From the NCBI RefSeq assembly GCF_026571515.1, contig NW_026864182.1, positions 372,001-436,000 on the forward strand: a stretch of 64,000 nucleotides of DNA, written 5' to 3'. Positions 40,725 through 53,418 of this stretch are shown piece by piece (positions within the stretch are counted from its first letter, which is position 1; every line of letters begins with the position of its first letter). The stretch is from Ruditapes philippinarum (taxonomy: Eukaryota). Under the pieces are notes generated by a model that saw only the letters and a list, made by a program, of their open reading frames with translations, did not search any database and was not told the DNA's origin. A program made the position numbers and the translations under genes.

Positions 40725-43700
40725 TTTCTTATTTGAATTACATACAATATTTGATTTAAAACTTAACATTTAGATAAGTAATAGAAAGAGCACCGAAACA
40801 CAAGGCTATCTGATTTGTACGAGGGGGCATAGCCCCCGAGTATAAATCAGATTGCCGAGTGTTTTGGTGTTCTTTCTCTTTTGTATCATAGTCAAACATG
40901 ACAGCACGTTCCCTGTTGTAATAATATGAAACCACAGAAAAAATTAACCAATGAACGAGCATTTGAATATGATAGTTCTGCCCCTTTCCCTTTCTCTGCC
41001 GTCACAATATGTAAACCCCGGCAAAAATGAACCAATCCACGGGCATTATCTGGAGTGCGGGTAACTGATACCCGCACTCCAGTTACCGCACTGTGCATGC
41101 ATATGTAAACGATTTAACTCTGACACTTTTTCAACAGAAAGGTCCCCAAACTATGATACAATAATTCAATAGACAACAGGATAGGACCCACTAGGTGATT
41201 ATAAGTAATAGAAAGAGCACCGAAACACGAGGCTATCTGATTTGTACGAGGGGGCGTAGCCTCCGAGTATTAATCAGATTCCCGAGTGTTTTGGTGTTCT
41301 TTCTCTTTTGTATCATAGTCAAACATAAAAACACGTTATAGACAACAGGATAGGACCCACTAGGTGATTATAAGGTATCACATACTGCACAATTATTGGT
41401 ATGATATTTTATGGAACGTCGATCTGTGGATCAGTACTGCAACATTATAAAAGTTATAAAATTGAATGATTTCAGGGATTATGCTACCGAAAGGTTACGT
41501 TTCCTGCAAAAAATACCTACAGTAAATATTCATTTTATATGGAAAAAGTTTTCACATATGCTACATATGCTACTGATATTTTGGCTACTGGTCCAGTACG
41601 TAACGAGTTTCATAAATGGAAACAAGTCTAAATTATATGCAGCAAGAGCAAGCAAAAAGCCAAAGAAACAAGCGAATGTATTGTCAACAAAAAGGTATTT
41701 TTATCTTTAGATGCGGATAAATAATTGAATACACAAAAAACAAAATCTTTTATGCATTTTTTTCTGATAAACACTTCTAAGCCGGCACTTTTCAATTAAT
41801 ATCTTTTCCTAAAAAATTGAGCACACGTTTGTCCCGATGTTTAACTCTTGTTGCCTCCACATTTCATAATTTCTCACATGAATTAAAATACTACATGTGT
41901 TATGACGAGTTACGTACGAGTTACCGCGTTTTGGATATACTATGTACCAAAATATATTAATCGAACAGTGCTGATATAGAAGTGTTTATCAAGATAGTTT
42001 TCTACTCTATTCTATATTCTATATACATGTATATAAACCTGTGGTGCTCATTAGTGATACGTTCTTCTAACGTGCTCATTTCAGTGTTTAGTTTACCACA
42101 TAAAAGTCTGCAATATATAGTATCATGAATATACGAGACAACGTAGGACAATAGTCAAGCGACTACAACGTTAAGTTAATATATTAACTTACGAACCATT
42201 GAAATCAATGTACAAGCAATGTATTTAAACTCATATTTTCATTGTGAATAATGTGAAAAATATGATTAGTATATTGACAAGTGTTAAACGTTTGTCCAGG
42301 GAAAAGTTAAATACCGCTCCATATAGAATCTTAATGTTATTGTCAAAAGTTGCAACCATTAACAACCTTAATATCTGAAATGAACTTGTCCATCTTTCAA
42401 TCTGGACACAATCATTAATCTTTTTTAGAGAAATTAAAAAAAAAAATGTTTTGAAAAGCGCACAGTGCACCCTTTGATCAGACGGCACGGGTGTACCTGC
42501 ATTGGTCGCATGGATAGACTGAATAGTCTTCAGCAGCCTAAATGGTTAATTACTAATAGTCATCAGTGTAAAACAGTTTTTGAAATGGTTAATGTTAACT
42601 GTTAGTTACAAGTTATTCTTTCAATGTCTTGGTCACGTGATACAAAATACTTACAAGAAGTCAACCTCGCCATCTTTATTAACATCCAGATAATTCATCA
42701 CAGAATCTAGAGCACGCTCACTTATAGGAAATCCCTCTCTCTACAAGAAATTTATAACATATTGACCGTGTTGGTTTTTTAAAAATATTCATTGAAATTT
42801 TTAAAACTGCCAATATTTTTTTTTATCATTTTCTTATTCTATGCTTTTTTTCTCTGGTAAGAATATTGTTAGCCTATATAAAAAACTAATATATACTCGT
42901 ACTGTTCTTATATTTAGTGTTTACTCCTTTACATCCATATATTGTTTTACTACACATATGTTAAATTACCTCAAGCAAGAATCGAAAAGGGGATAGTTCT
43001 AAATTCTAATAGAACTATATGTCGTAACAAAAAAAAAACCCATTATATTTTAAAAATTCGAATTCTTCCATTAAATATAGAAAATCAATAAAATGATTAC
43101 AAAAAAGAGAAAACAATTTAAAGTCAAGACGTTGGGTATATGTCGTCTGCTGTACCTCGAATGCAAACTTCATCTCGTCTCTCGATAGAGAATTGCTACC
43201 GTCTCTGTCCACCTTCAAGAAGAGGTCAAGCGTTCTCAAATGTTCCTTCATGTAGAACAAAATCCTGATCGGGTCAATGTTGAATACGTTTTTGGGGTCT
43301 GTGTTTTTGATTTCGCCCTTGTTTAATGGTAATGAGTGGTCATAAGTGACCACCATGAAACGAGACGCTTGTACTTCCTTTAATATCTTCTCAAACTCTT
43401 TATCCACAACCAAACCCTGTAATACAAATGAGCCGCGTCACGACAAAACCAACATAATGGGTTTGCGACCAGCATGGATCCTGACCAGCCTGCGCATCCG
43501 CGCAGTCTGATCAGGATATATGCTGTTCGCTATCAGTTTCTCTACTTGTTATAGGGTTAATAAGCGTACAGCATGGATCCTGATCAGACTGCGCGGATGC
43601 GCAGGCTGGTCTGGATCCATGCTGTTTGCAAACGCACTATGTTGGTTTTGTCGCGACGCGGCTGAAATGGTAACCATGCATGTGTATTATTTTCTGAGTT

Positions 43701-46700
43701 TCTCTTTGCGTGTATTTGAGTCATCCATACGTTTTAAAAAGAACTTGTTTTTATAACCATGACAGAAAAAATAATGTATTCATGTATAATGTGAAGCGAA
43801 ATAAAATCGTCTGCTATTAGCGTATGATATCATACGAGTTACGTCCCTTTTATCACACAAATGTATAAATACACATAAAAATATATACATTTAGATATCA
43901 TGTGAAGCGACATAAAATCGTCTGCTATTAGCGCATCAGCATACGAGTTACTTCCCTTCTATCACAAATGTATAAATACACACAAACACAAAGCACTTAA
44001 ATGTTCTTACCGTAAGGTCGAGCTCTTTAATGTTGCTTTCCTTTGCTTGATATAATTTTGTCAATAATACACTTGTCATGCTTGCTGTGATAGGGTTATG
44101 ACATAACTGCAATGTTAAAAGTTCCTATTTAATCAAAGCCATAATCGATTAGAGAGCATTTGCACACCATTTCGTACAACATTAGTACACCATTTCGTAT
44201 AACGTTATTACACCATTTCGTACAACATTAGAACACCATTTTGTACAACATTAGAACACCATTCCGAACAATATCAGTACACCATTTCGTACAACATTAG
44301 TAACCATTTCGAACAATTTCAGTACACCATTTTGTACAACATTAGTACACCATTTCGAACAATATCAGTACACCATTTCGTACAATATTAGTACACCATT
44401 TCGAACAATATCAGTACACCATTTCGTACAACATTAGTACACCATTTCGAACAATATGAGTACACCATTTCGTACAACATTAGTACACCATTTCGTACAA
44501 CGTTATTACACCATTTCGTACAACATAAGTACCCCATTTCGTACAACATTAGTACAACATTTCGTACTTTTAAGGGAAAGTCTGAGAACAGTTTATGGTT
44601 AAGGCAGCACACTCAGTACATTGTATTTACAAGTAAACTTTTGTGAAGTGATCGTAAGAAGTCATTTCCACTTTACCATTGGCAATAATAATCCACTTAA
44701 ATTACCAAAAAAGAGGCAAAAATGTGCAAAAACGGGCCTTACTGCGTTAGTCACGCAATATTATATGGTGAAAGAAAACTTCAAAGTCAGTCATTACTCG
44801 ATCATCGTGTAATTTATAACTTCAATCTTGAATCTTTTTAATTTTCTTAAATTCTCAATACATTATTCTTAGGTTTGATATTCTTGAGATATATTTGCTC
44901 ATCTGGAGGCATGCAGTTGTAAGGCAACCATCCTCAATACAGATTTCATTTTCGACATTAACATTATAAGATGAATACTCCGAGTGATAAATGAATCTTT
45001 AGTACTTGAATTAATATGCATAAATAAAAGCTTTTAAACAAAAACAAAAATTGGTAAAAACCTTCAATACAGCAAGGGCTTTATTCTGTTCCAAACCTTT
45101 GATGAGTTCAAACAATGCTGGTGGGTGTATTCTGTTGTTGGCTAGATCTAGGGCTTGTAATGTTGTGTTCTCTTTAAGTGCATACCCCATAGCCGTACAT
45201 CCTTCAAACCCAAATCCATTCCATGATAGTAACAAAGTCTCTAACCCTTTGTTGGCCTGAAATATATGAATGTAAGCATAGATGACTGTGAACTTTCTGA
45301 ACTCCAGACCAAACTGTTCATACATGCTAAGATTATAAGCAAACTATGCTTCCATGGGATACTGAAGTACATTCACACTATACCTTTACGCTAGGAAATG
45401 CACATGCTAGCCATAAAGCCAAACAAAGATAGATTTACCGCTTTTAACCATAAAGCTTATAGTGGCGGCATGGCCAAGTGGTTAACGCATCGGACTAGTA
45501 ATTAAATGATCGCTAGCTGCATGGGTTCAATAGGTTCATGGGTTTCCTTGAGCAAAATACTTTACAATCATTGATCAGTACTGGAATCCAGGAACGTATT
45601 CGAAAATGTGTCTTTAAGCTTATAGCTTCCAACAGAATTAAACTAAAATAAAGTCTGTTTAAACCAAAGCTTAGTATGTGAACAACGCATTTTAGAATAC
45701 TTCGAAGTACCTACAGTTTTATACACTGAACAATGAATATGTTGCATACGGAAGATCTAACTGTCATTTTAGTAGAAATTTTTTGAAATAAATACATTAT
45801 ATGACCTTTATTTCTATGATTTATATATCTATAGAGATAATAATAAACACGTTTGGTTACCTGCACTCCCTTACATAGACCTATTGCACCATTGCCCCGT
45901 ATATGATTCCATGAGAGGTCTAAAGCACGAAGGGTGTCATTTGACCCTGAAAGTTATGAATATTTATCTTAAAAGTCTGATCAATATCCCGATATAGTAC
46001 ACATGTTGTTCTACTTAAATATTATATTTAATGCAATATTTATAATGATTTGTAGGTAAATAGAAACAGCCGACTATAACAAACGGCCAAAAACAACAAC
46101 AAATAGACTCAAATATCAACCATACTGACAGTAATGGATTATCTGTATTCATTTGCAATCGATTTTGATCTTGTAACACAGTTGGAATATTTTTTAACTT
46201 ATGTAGATCTGATATAAAATATATTTTAATTCTGAATAATTCATACAACTAAATTGTTATCGGTTACTTACTAAGAGCCTCGCCTATTTCTTTACCACAT
46301 TCGGCTAATTTGTTCCCTCTAAGTGCTAGCTCAAGTATAGTCTCACTATTCTGTTAATAATACAACATTAAAACACCAGTCAATAAAGTAATATATTGTA
46401 TGTTAACGCATGTGATCATAAGCATATGAACTTATATTATATTCATGTCAATTAGATGACAAATTAAGATAAATGCAAATGAATTTCTCGAATTCTGATT
46501 GGCTTACATGTTTTTTTATGCTGTCATGTATGAACCGTGAGAAACTAAATGCCCGTTAAGGCACATAACAATATAAACTAATTTTATTGATGCGCCTCGT
46601 AATATATTTATTTCAGTCAGGTTATATTCTCAAAGGCATGAAAATAGATTTTTTATGAGTGGTGAAAGCCACGAGTGACATATTGATATTGATTTTACTA

Positions 46701-48623
46701 AGTACAATACTTTTCATATCAGATATTTTTATTACAGAAAGTTCCATGTTATTTTTTACTTTTTTCTTTCTATGGTTTTGACCTTACAATTCGAAAGACT
46801 TCTCGTATATTCCCGTCAATCAAACAATGTATGGCTATATACAAGTAATATTTCACTAATAATAAAAAGTAATAAGAATACACATTTCAGTTGGCTACCA
46901 TATGTTTTCGGACAAGAGAGTCTAAAGATATCCCGTATTTTTTAGAATAATAAATAACCAAAAGATAAACTTTATTCTGTGAATAATAAATATTCTGATC
47001 AAATATAATGAACTGACCTCTATTATCTGGCTTATACTTTGCCCACCATTGTCGGTAAAATTATTATCTGAAAAAGGAAATGCGAACAAAAATATTTAGC
47101 CGGACAAATGATAAAAGCTTAAATAACTTGCGTAAGTTTAACTAAAGTTATCCATCCATTATGCCTTAATTTAGTCATAGTGTCTCTTTTTTTAAATAAG
47201 TATACACAAGGTAGCACACCTTAATAATTGTAGCCATAAGAGTGGATTTCTTAGATTGGGTGACTATTTAGGATTTAAATTATTGATTTTCTTTAAAATG
47301 CATTTTCAGCATCAATTTTGTTTTTGTGTTTCGTTTTTTATAAACTCTGGCAATGGCAATAACATACGTGCAGTTGATAAAAAATATCAGAGTCGCCGTT
47401 TTCTGTAAATTGTGTTTCTTGACGTCAGTTTTGGTGAAATCAAACCATTTACAGATAGGGCAGGGCGAAAGGGGTACACATTTTTAGCACTAGCAAAAGC
47501 ACGTGTTTCTTTGTGATATTTTGCATAACTTTGTTGTTGTAAGGATCAACAGTGTTTCTGTTATTCTGTTATTGAAGGTGTTTTTAGAGAAGCTAAATGT
47601 GTTACTTCAGGTCTCGGACCACAGTAGGTTTTGGATTTCACAGCTTTTTGGACTATCTGACTAATGTAAATGGGATAATCTTATTATAGACTTGCAATAT
47701 TATGGCATATATTATCAACAAAATGTGTTTTCTTTTCCCTTGTTGTGTATTTTTGGGCCAGAAATATCAGACGCATTGCTTATAGGACCTTGACGGCAGA
47801 AACTACAATTTAATGTAGAACGCTATCTAAGCACCGTCTCCCGCCAAACAATGTTGTGATCTGACGGATACTTGAATATATGTCATAATTTATAGTTGCT
47901 TTCCAAGTTACTTTTCCTCTTTAATTTGCAGTTGAGATAAAGCCTTCGTGAATGTATGCATAATTACATAAAGTAATTATTTCAGTTTCCAAAGTAGGTT
48001 TAAGACTATATCTAAATCGTAAAATAAGATTAATCTGTTAAGTTAATCCGTTAAGATTATGAAATAAAGTTAAAGTTCAGGCATTATATATCGTAATTTT
48101 ATTTGAAAACAAAGCACTTGACATGTAAGAAAAGTAAGTTTCTAATACAAGTTGGCCGTATTTTAAGAATAAATAGTCGCTTTTTAAACGGTGAAATGTA
48201 AAATAAGATTAATTCTTCACCTAATAGGATTAATTATTACAATATATGCTTATTTTGATTTTTAAAGATATGCATGTATTTAATATGTCTGCACATTTTA
48301 ATCTGTACAGTTATAAATAAAGTACATTATTATTTAACAATAGAGTTACATTTATCTGGATTGGGTTAGATAAAACTGGATTATTAAAATAAATTACAAT
48401 CACCCAGTGTCACATATGACACTTTTTAGTTACCCATAAATCTTTGCGGTCGAATCTTAAATATGAAAACTTACCAAAAAAAATTATGAGAACTGACTAT
48501 CTTTGTTCAAATATGAACTGTTTACCAAATACATTAAAAAGAAGTTTAACACTTTTTAGATATCCTTTTTGCATTTGGATATTTGGAAACAATATCTGCG
48601 CTTTTAGGAAAACTTCTCTTATT

Positions 48624-48683
<60 letters not shown>

Positions 48684-51600
48684 GTTATATAATAATTCAG
48701 TTTTATTTCAGGTTATTTATTTACCACTGAGGTCGATTTGTCTAATGGTCCTGTTCTTGCTTAAAAAGTTGGCCAGATCCTGCAGACTGCGGCAACACAA
48801 GTTACATCCCACTAGAGACTACAGAGAAAAAAAAAACGATACATTTATTATATACTTAATAACAATATAAAAGCAAACAATGTTGTAGAAATAAGTATTG
48901 TACTAATACAGGCATGTTCGGAAAATACGCAGACTTTTTCGTTTTTTTAAGTTGTTTGAAAAAATAAAACAAAAAACAAAAAACAACAACAACAATATTG
49001 TTAGATTTTCTGTTGTGTTTTTTTGTAACACTATAACTTCATTAAGACTGTCTGATATAAAAATAAATAAATAAAGTAACACCTTTGTCAGTACAAGATA
49101 TACAATATCGTTTTAAACATAACTACAACATTATACAACTTTATAAAGTATACGTATAGCAATTAAGTCATACTTTTGACCTGGAAGACAGACAATTAAA
49201 AAAAACTGGTGGTGATAACAGAATCAAAACATGTACTATCTTAGCTTTCCTTAAAACGTATATGAGCCGCGTCATGACAAAACCAACATTGTGGGTTTGC
49301 GACCAGCATGGATCCAGACCAGCCTGAGCATCCGCGCAGTCTGATCAGGATCCATGCTGTTCGCTTACAAACCCTATTACAAGTAGAGAAACTGATAGCG
49401 AACAGCATGGATCCTGATCAGACTGCGCGGATGCGCAGGCTGGTCTTGATCCATGCTTGTCGCAAACCCACTATATGCGGCTCATATGTTTTCAAACACT
49501 TTACGTACGAGTTTGACTAGTGATCTATGAAGGGCAGCAAAGTCAGTGAGGTAGGTCATCTGTCTCCGACATAGTTTGTTACCACCAAGGTCTAGTTTCT
49601 CAAGCTCGTCGGTCTCATGGCCATTCTAACATAAAAGGAAATAAATATTACAATATTTTAATTTCATATATTTTGTAAGACAATGAAAAAATATAAAAAA
49701 ACATGACTTTTTGTTAAATATTATGCATATGGCTTTTATGGAGTATGACGTGTTTAATTGTACACATCACGTGACCTAGCAAAATTAAAGATTATTTTAT
49801 CTGAATATTTCTTTGACAGGCTCACATATGAAGAGAAGGATTTTATTATTTAGCATCAGAATATGTGATTGTAAATAAAATATCGATGGAAAAATTATTT
49901 ACTTCAATTTAACGGAAATGGTCGTAAACAAAAAAGAAGGAAGTAAAAGTAAGCTTACCGGTTCTCCTCCCTCCCTGTTCACGTAAAACTCCTGCAATAC
50001 AAGATATAAAGCATAGAAAAATAAGTTGATCAAATATTTATTAAATAATATTTATTTTTAGTTGTATAGATTTGGACCGGTGATACATGGCTCAGCATAA
50101 ACGACTGTTAACTCATATAACCCGAGCATCTGGGCGAGAGTTATATTGCTAACAGCCGTTTATACATCGACATAAAACTTAAAAATCTTCAAAACAAATT
50201 TATGATACAGGACATTTCATTTTTTTTTTAGGAAAAATGAAAACTTTTTCACTTTACACCAGCCGTTTATATAGAGTATATAAACGTTAATATCAGCCTT
50301 ACAAACGCGCAACATTATACAAACAAGATATAAGCAAAGAGTAAAGATGCTCTTCCGTTCGGTATGTGCAGGTCACTGAGACGCACAAGGCATCATCTTG
50401 GATGACTTGTTTGAACTAGGCCGAATAAGAACATTGTACCCCACAGGCCTAAAAATCGCTAATTTATGAGTCGGAGTTAAACCTTGCATTCCGAGGAAGG
50501 GGTCTTACAGAGTATGCAGGGGCAACGAGTAAGGGTACCAGGTTGACCCCTAGTGCGCAGTGACGGTTTGAAAAACAGATCCTTTACTTGACCCCGACAG
50601 CCTTAAGCAGGGCTACCTACATTACCATTGTCACAGAGTAATGTGCATTTAGGCAAATGACCGCTGGACAGTGACCTACTTCCGGATCAAAATTCATTTA
50701 TTCGGCTAATACTCTGTCTAAATTGTACGGAGGTAAATTATCATTATTTAAAACTTTTTAAGACATGGCCCATACTGGACAGCGAACGCTATTTTTACTA
50801 AACGGATAACACCCGAAGATTTCGCGATATTGATTTAATTCTTGAGATCACATCACATACATTCGCGACATCCTTCACAAACAATATGATTTATACAGTT
50901 TTTTTTTTATATAAATGCATTATTTGACATATGCATAAACTCGATCTAAGTTTTATTAGATTTTCAATAAAAGATTTTTGGACATAAAAACTGCACATTT
51001 TACATTTTCTGTATTATTTTCCGAAAGATGAATAGCTTAAAATTCTATTATACGACAATCTGTATCTCTGATCTATAGCAAATTACATTTAAATGTATGT
51101 CATTAACTTTTATTTGATCAGATAAGAGTCTGTTAATACCCAAATCCTTGTATTGTTGATTTTAACATCAAATTTATTTCGGTGTATTATAAAGTCATTA
51201 ATAATCTTTGATCTTGTTTGATGATAAAGTGAATGGATTAATACGGAATGTTGAAATGAATTATAAATTTCATCAACGGAATGACATATATTGATATAAT
51301 AGATACTAAATATTTTATACAGATATAAGACAGATTTTATCGTTTCACTTCATGCCATATAAATTATGAAGATAAGAAAAGCAATGCTATAGTTTTCACA
51401 GATATCATTTCTTTTAGAGAGGACATTTTCCTTGCTGTAACAATTCAATTTATCTATACAAATGATTCAAATTCGACCTTAGAATAATAATACAATATAT
51501 CGGTGTTTTACGAAAAAATATAGAAATCATATATAAAAGTTAATCATAGAAAATGCTTGAATTAAATAATTCAAAGGAATGATGGAGGTGTTAGTATTTT

Positions 51601-53162
51601 TCACTGCGGATCAGGGCAGTGAGTCACATTAATTTTACCAGAGCACAGCTCAGCCACCGCATCGTTCCTTGGCAGGCTGTCAAGCAGTTTACCTCACTTT
51701 CGCAAAGAACTGATAACATCTCTAAAAGCCAGAGCAGAGGTACAATGCAAATGACAGTAGAAAGGATTTCATAATCAATGACATTCATCGTCCGTGAAAC
51801 GAACACGGATCGCCCGATTCACAGTCCAATGCTTTACCTATTGAGCTAACCGGGCAGTGCTGATTTAAAGGAAAATACATAATATTACATGAAAATCTCT
51901 GAATACACGGACTTCCGTTTTTCACGTATGATAGATTGTATTTAAAATGACATACAAATTGTTGTACTTACCAGTAACGCAACGAATAAAGCCTTAATTT
52001 CCTTCTTACTGAGGTTGAAACCCTTCAAGGAAATACTTCCCTCGCCAAATTGTTTAGTCACGTTCTTTACAGGTATTTTCCCATACTTTTTACACAGTTT
52101 CTTGTACACAACAGCACCTCTGTTCAACTGATTAACATGGTCGTCTTTCGGTTTAGCAGTTTCTTCCTCATCTGTAATTGTTAAAAACTGTGAAGTTACA
52201 CAAGACATCTCTTTAATTGGTTGATTAATTGATTAAAATTCTAATCCGTACTCCGTACATGTTTTAATAAATAAAAACGTCTTGGAATATTCATAATTTT
52301 TCTTTATGAATTTAAGGTTACGCTTTTAACCTTTGTCACAACAAAGAGGGAAGATGTCATTAATATTCAGGTTATAAGTGAAGAATCAATATATTTCATA
52401 TTTTATGACAAAATGCAAATGTATGCAGATTTAATGGAATACAAAGAATAGGTATAAAGTTCAAAACTAAGTTTAGGAAAATGAAATTATACCCAGATTG
52501 TAAAACTTCATCGTTAAGATTACATTGGAGTAAAGATTTTTACTAGTAAGGAAAAATCAATTTGAACTGTTGTAAACAAATTGCTCCTTATTTGATAATG
52601 ACGTAAGTGTAGATCTATGTACAGATGAACGAACAGTCACTGTTACTTAATAATTAAAGCGCTATAAGTAAATTAAGTTTTATACTTTATATTTATATAA
52701 TTAATTATATAAATATTATTATTAAATACTATATTTTTATACTTATCGGGACATCCTTTAAATTTTATGAAATAAATTTAATTATAATTATTTAATAATA
52801 ATATTTATTCAAATGTAATTTAAGTTTCTATTCATAGTACTTCTACGGTTCATATTAAGTTAATTTGCTAGAGACACTTAAAGACAGTTCTTGTCATATT
52901 TATGTAGTTGCATTTTTTGAAAAGTTGTCACCTATTTATCTATTTTTTTCTTACCGTCAGTACTATCGAAGATGTAATCATCCTCTGGATCAAAATGCTT
53001 ATGACTGACCCTGCTGAGACGGGAACCAGTCACTCTTGCCGGAACGGTTAGTCCAAGATGATGGGCACCAGCGGTCTTGTGAGGTGCTTTCATGGGCGAC
53101 TCCACAGCAACACGGGTTGTCTTGCGGGAAAACAAAGGTCTCTTTGTATCCTCGTTAATCAT
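38843..53162 (-). CDS. LRRC74: LRRC74-like LRR + EF-hand protein, divergent paralog 3 (~557 aa, 13 coding exons)
   Basis: Minus-strand exons 53162-52955, 52171-51972, 49991-49959 (33-nt microexon), 49625-49509, 48818-48725, 47067-47018, 46350-46272, 45946-45861, 45256-45062, 44106-44011, 43416-43156, 42740-42655, 39011-38843 (TAA); in frame. LRRs include LRALDLSWNHIRGNGA, LETLLLSWNGFGFEG and LQALDLANNRI. EF loops are DRDGSNSLSRDE and DVNKDGEVDFLE. The start codon is less certain because an acceptor lies just upstream (exon starts 53168). Confidence 0.88.
39798..39993. mobile_element. Fold-back MITE family A, copy 5 (internal deletion)
   Basis: Same termini and core sequence; more diverged. 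Confidence 0.88.
40637..40723. repeat. (CCAT)n-(CAAT)n microsatellite
   Basis: Read directly from the sequence. Confidence 0.95.
40774..41374. repeat. Hairpin-containing split direct repeat element (A..B-A'-B')
   Basis: A ~125-bp self-complementary unit occurs at 40774 and 41200. A 36-bp unit, TAGACAACAGGATAGGACCCACTAGGTGATTATAAG, occurs at ~41169 and ~41338. Confidence 0.75.
42359..42549. mobile_element. Degraded TTAA-flanked MITE (piggyBac-like)
   Basis: Bounded by TTAA at both ends. Contains GATCAGAC.GCACGG.TGT and TGGTCGCA, resembling the core of MITE family A. Confidence 0.4.
43430..43664. mobile_element. Fold-back MITE family A, copy 6 (full length, spacer inverted)
   Basis: Same family, AAAT target duplication. 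Lies 11 bp from a splice acceptor of paralog 3. Confidence 0.92.
43789..43986. repeat. Local tandem duplication, ~110-bp period, 2 copies
   Basis: ATGTGAAGCGA.ATAAAATCGTCTGCTATTAGCG...GAGTTAC.TCCCTT...TGTATAAATACAC occurs at 43789 and 43900. Confidence 0.85.
44163..44567. repeat. 23-bp minisatellite, ~17-18 copies (CACCATTTCGTACAACATTAGTA)
   Basis: Head-to-tail tandem units with minor variants and no spacers. Confidence 0.95.
44678..44925. repeat. Dispersed repeat, homologous to 59836-60078
   Basis: Shared ATTACCAAAAAAG...GCAAAAAC.G.CCTTACTGCGTTAGT.ACGCA...GCTCATCTG.AGGC.TGCAG. Confidence 0.75.
45461..45660 (+). mobile_element. tRNA-derived SINE (CORE-like)
   Basis: Pol III A box TGGCCAAGTGG, B box GGTTCAAA and a core-like GTTTCCTTGAGCAAAATACTTTAC. 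Flanked by an imperfect direct repeat ACCA(T)AAAGCTTA. Confidence 0.7.
49264..49483. mobile_element. Fold-back MITE family A, copy 7
   Basis: Same family, ATAT target duplication, short right-arm deletion. Confidence 0.9.
51590..51855 (-). mobile_element. tRNA-derived SINE (Meta-like); related copy at ~55745-55950 on +
   Basis: Minus strand begins GCCCGGTTAGCTCAATAGGTAAAGCATTGGACTGTGAATC, a tRNA-like head. The body shares CTCTGCTCTGG...GTTATCAGTTC.TTGCGAAAGTGA with 55819-55863. Confidence 0.7.
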
Positions 53163-53418
53163 TGTGCTCTAAAACAACATTAAATTGCTTGAAACTTTAT
53201 AAAACAGGTACTCTATTCTCTGTATTTAAATTTGATCAGTGTTAAATGTATTTTAATTAGGTTGAAAAAAAACACTTTATATAAAAAGTGAATGTCTGGA
53301 AACAATGTCGCATGTTTAGAGACATAGGATGGTTATTTGCCCCCGTGATATTATAGTATTGTACCAGTCTATATTGTATTGTTTTTGACATATTGGGACA
53401 ACCTCCGTAAATATAATT

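Noticed and set aside
44163-44567. CRISPR-like array
   Set aside because: Units are head-to-tail with no unique spacers, there are no cas genes, and the context is a eukaryotic intron. It is a minisatellite.
50400-50560. HDV-like or hammerhead ribozyme
   Set aside because: Short words resemble HDV (CATTCCGAGG, GGGCAAC), but I could not build the nested pseudoknot, and no CTGANGA...GAAA hammerhead core with closing stems was seen.
51790-51855. tRNA gene (also 45461-45530)
   Set aside because: The acceptor and T stems do not close, and the sequence continues into a SINE body found elsewhere in the window.
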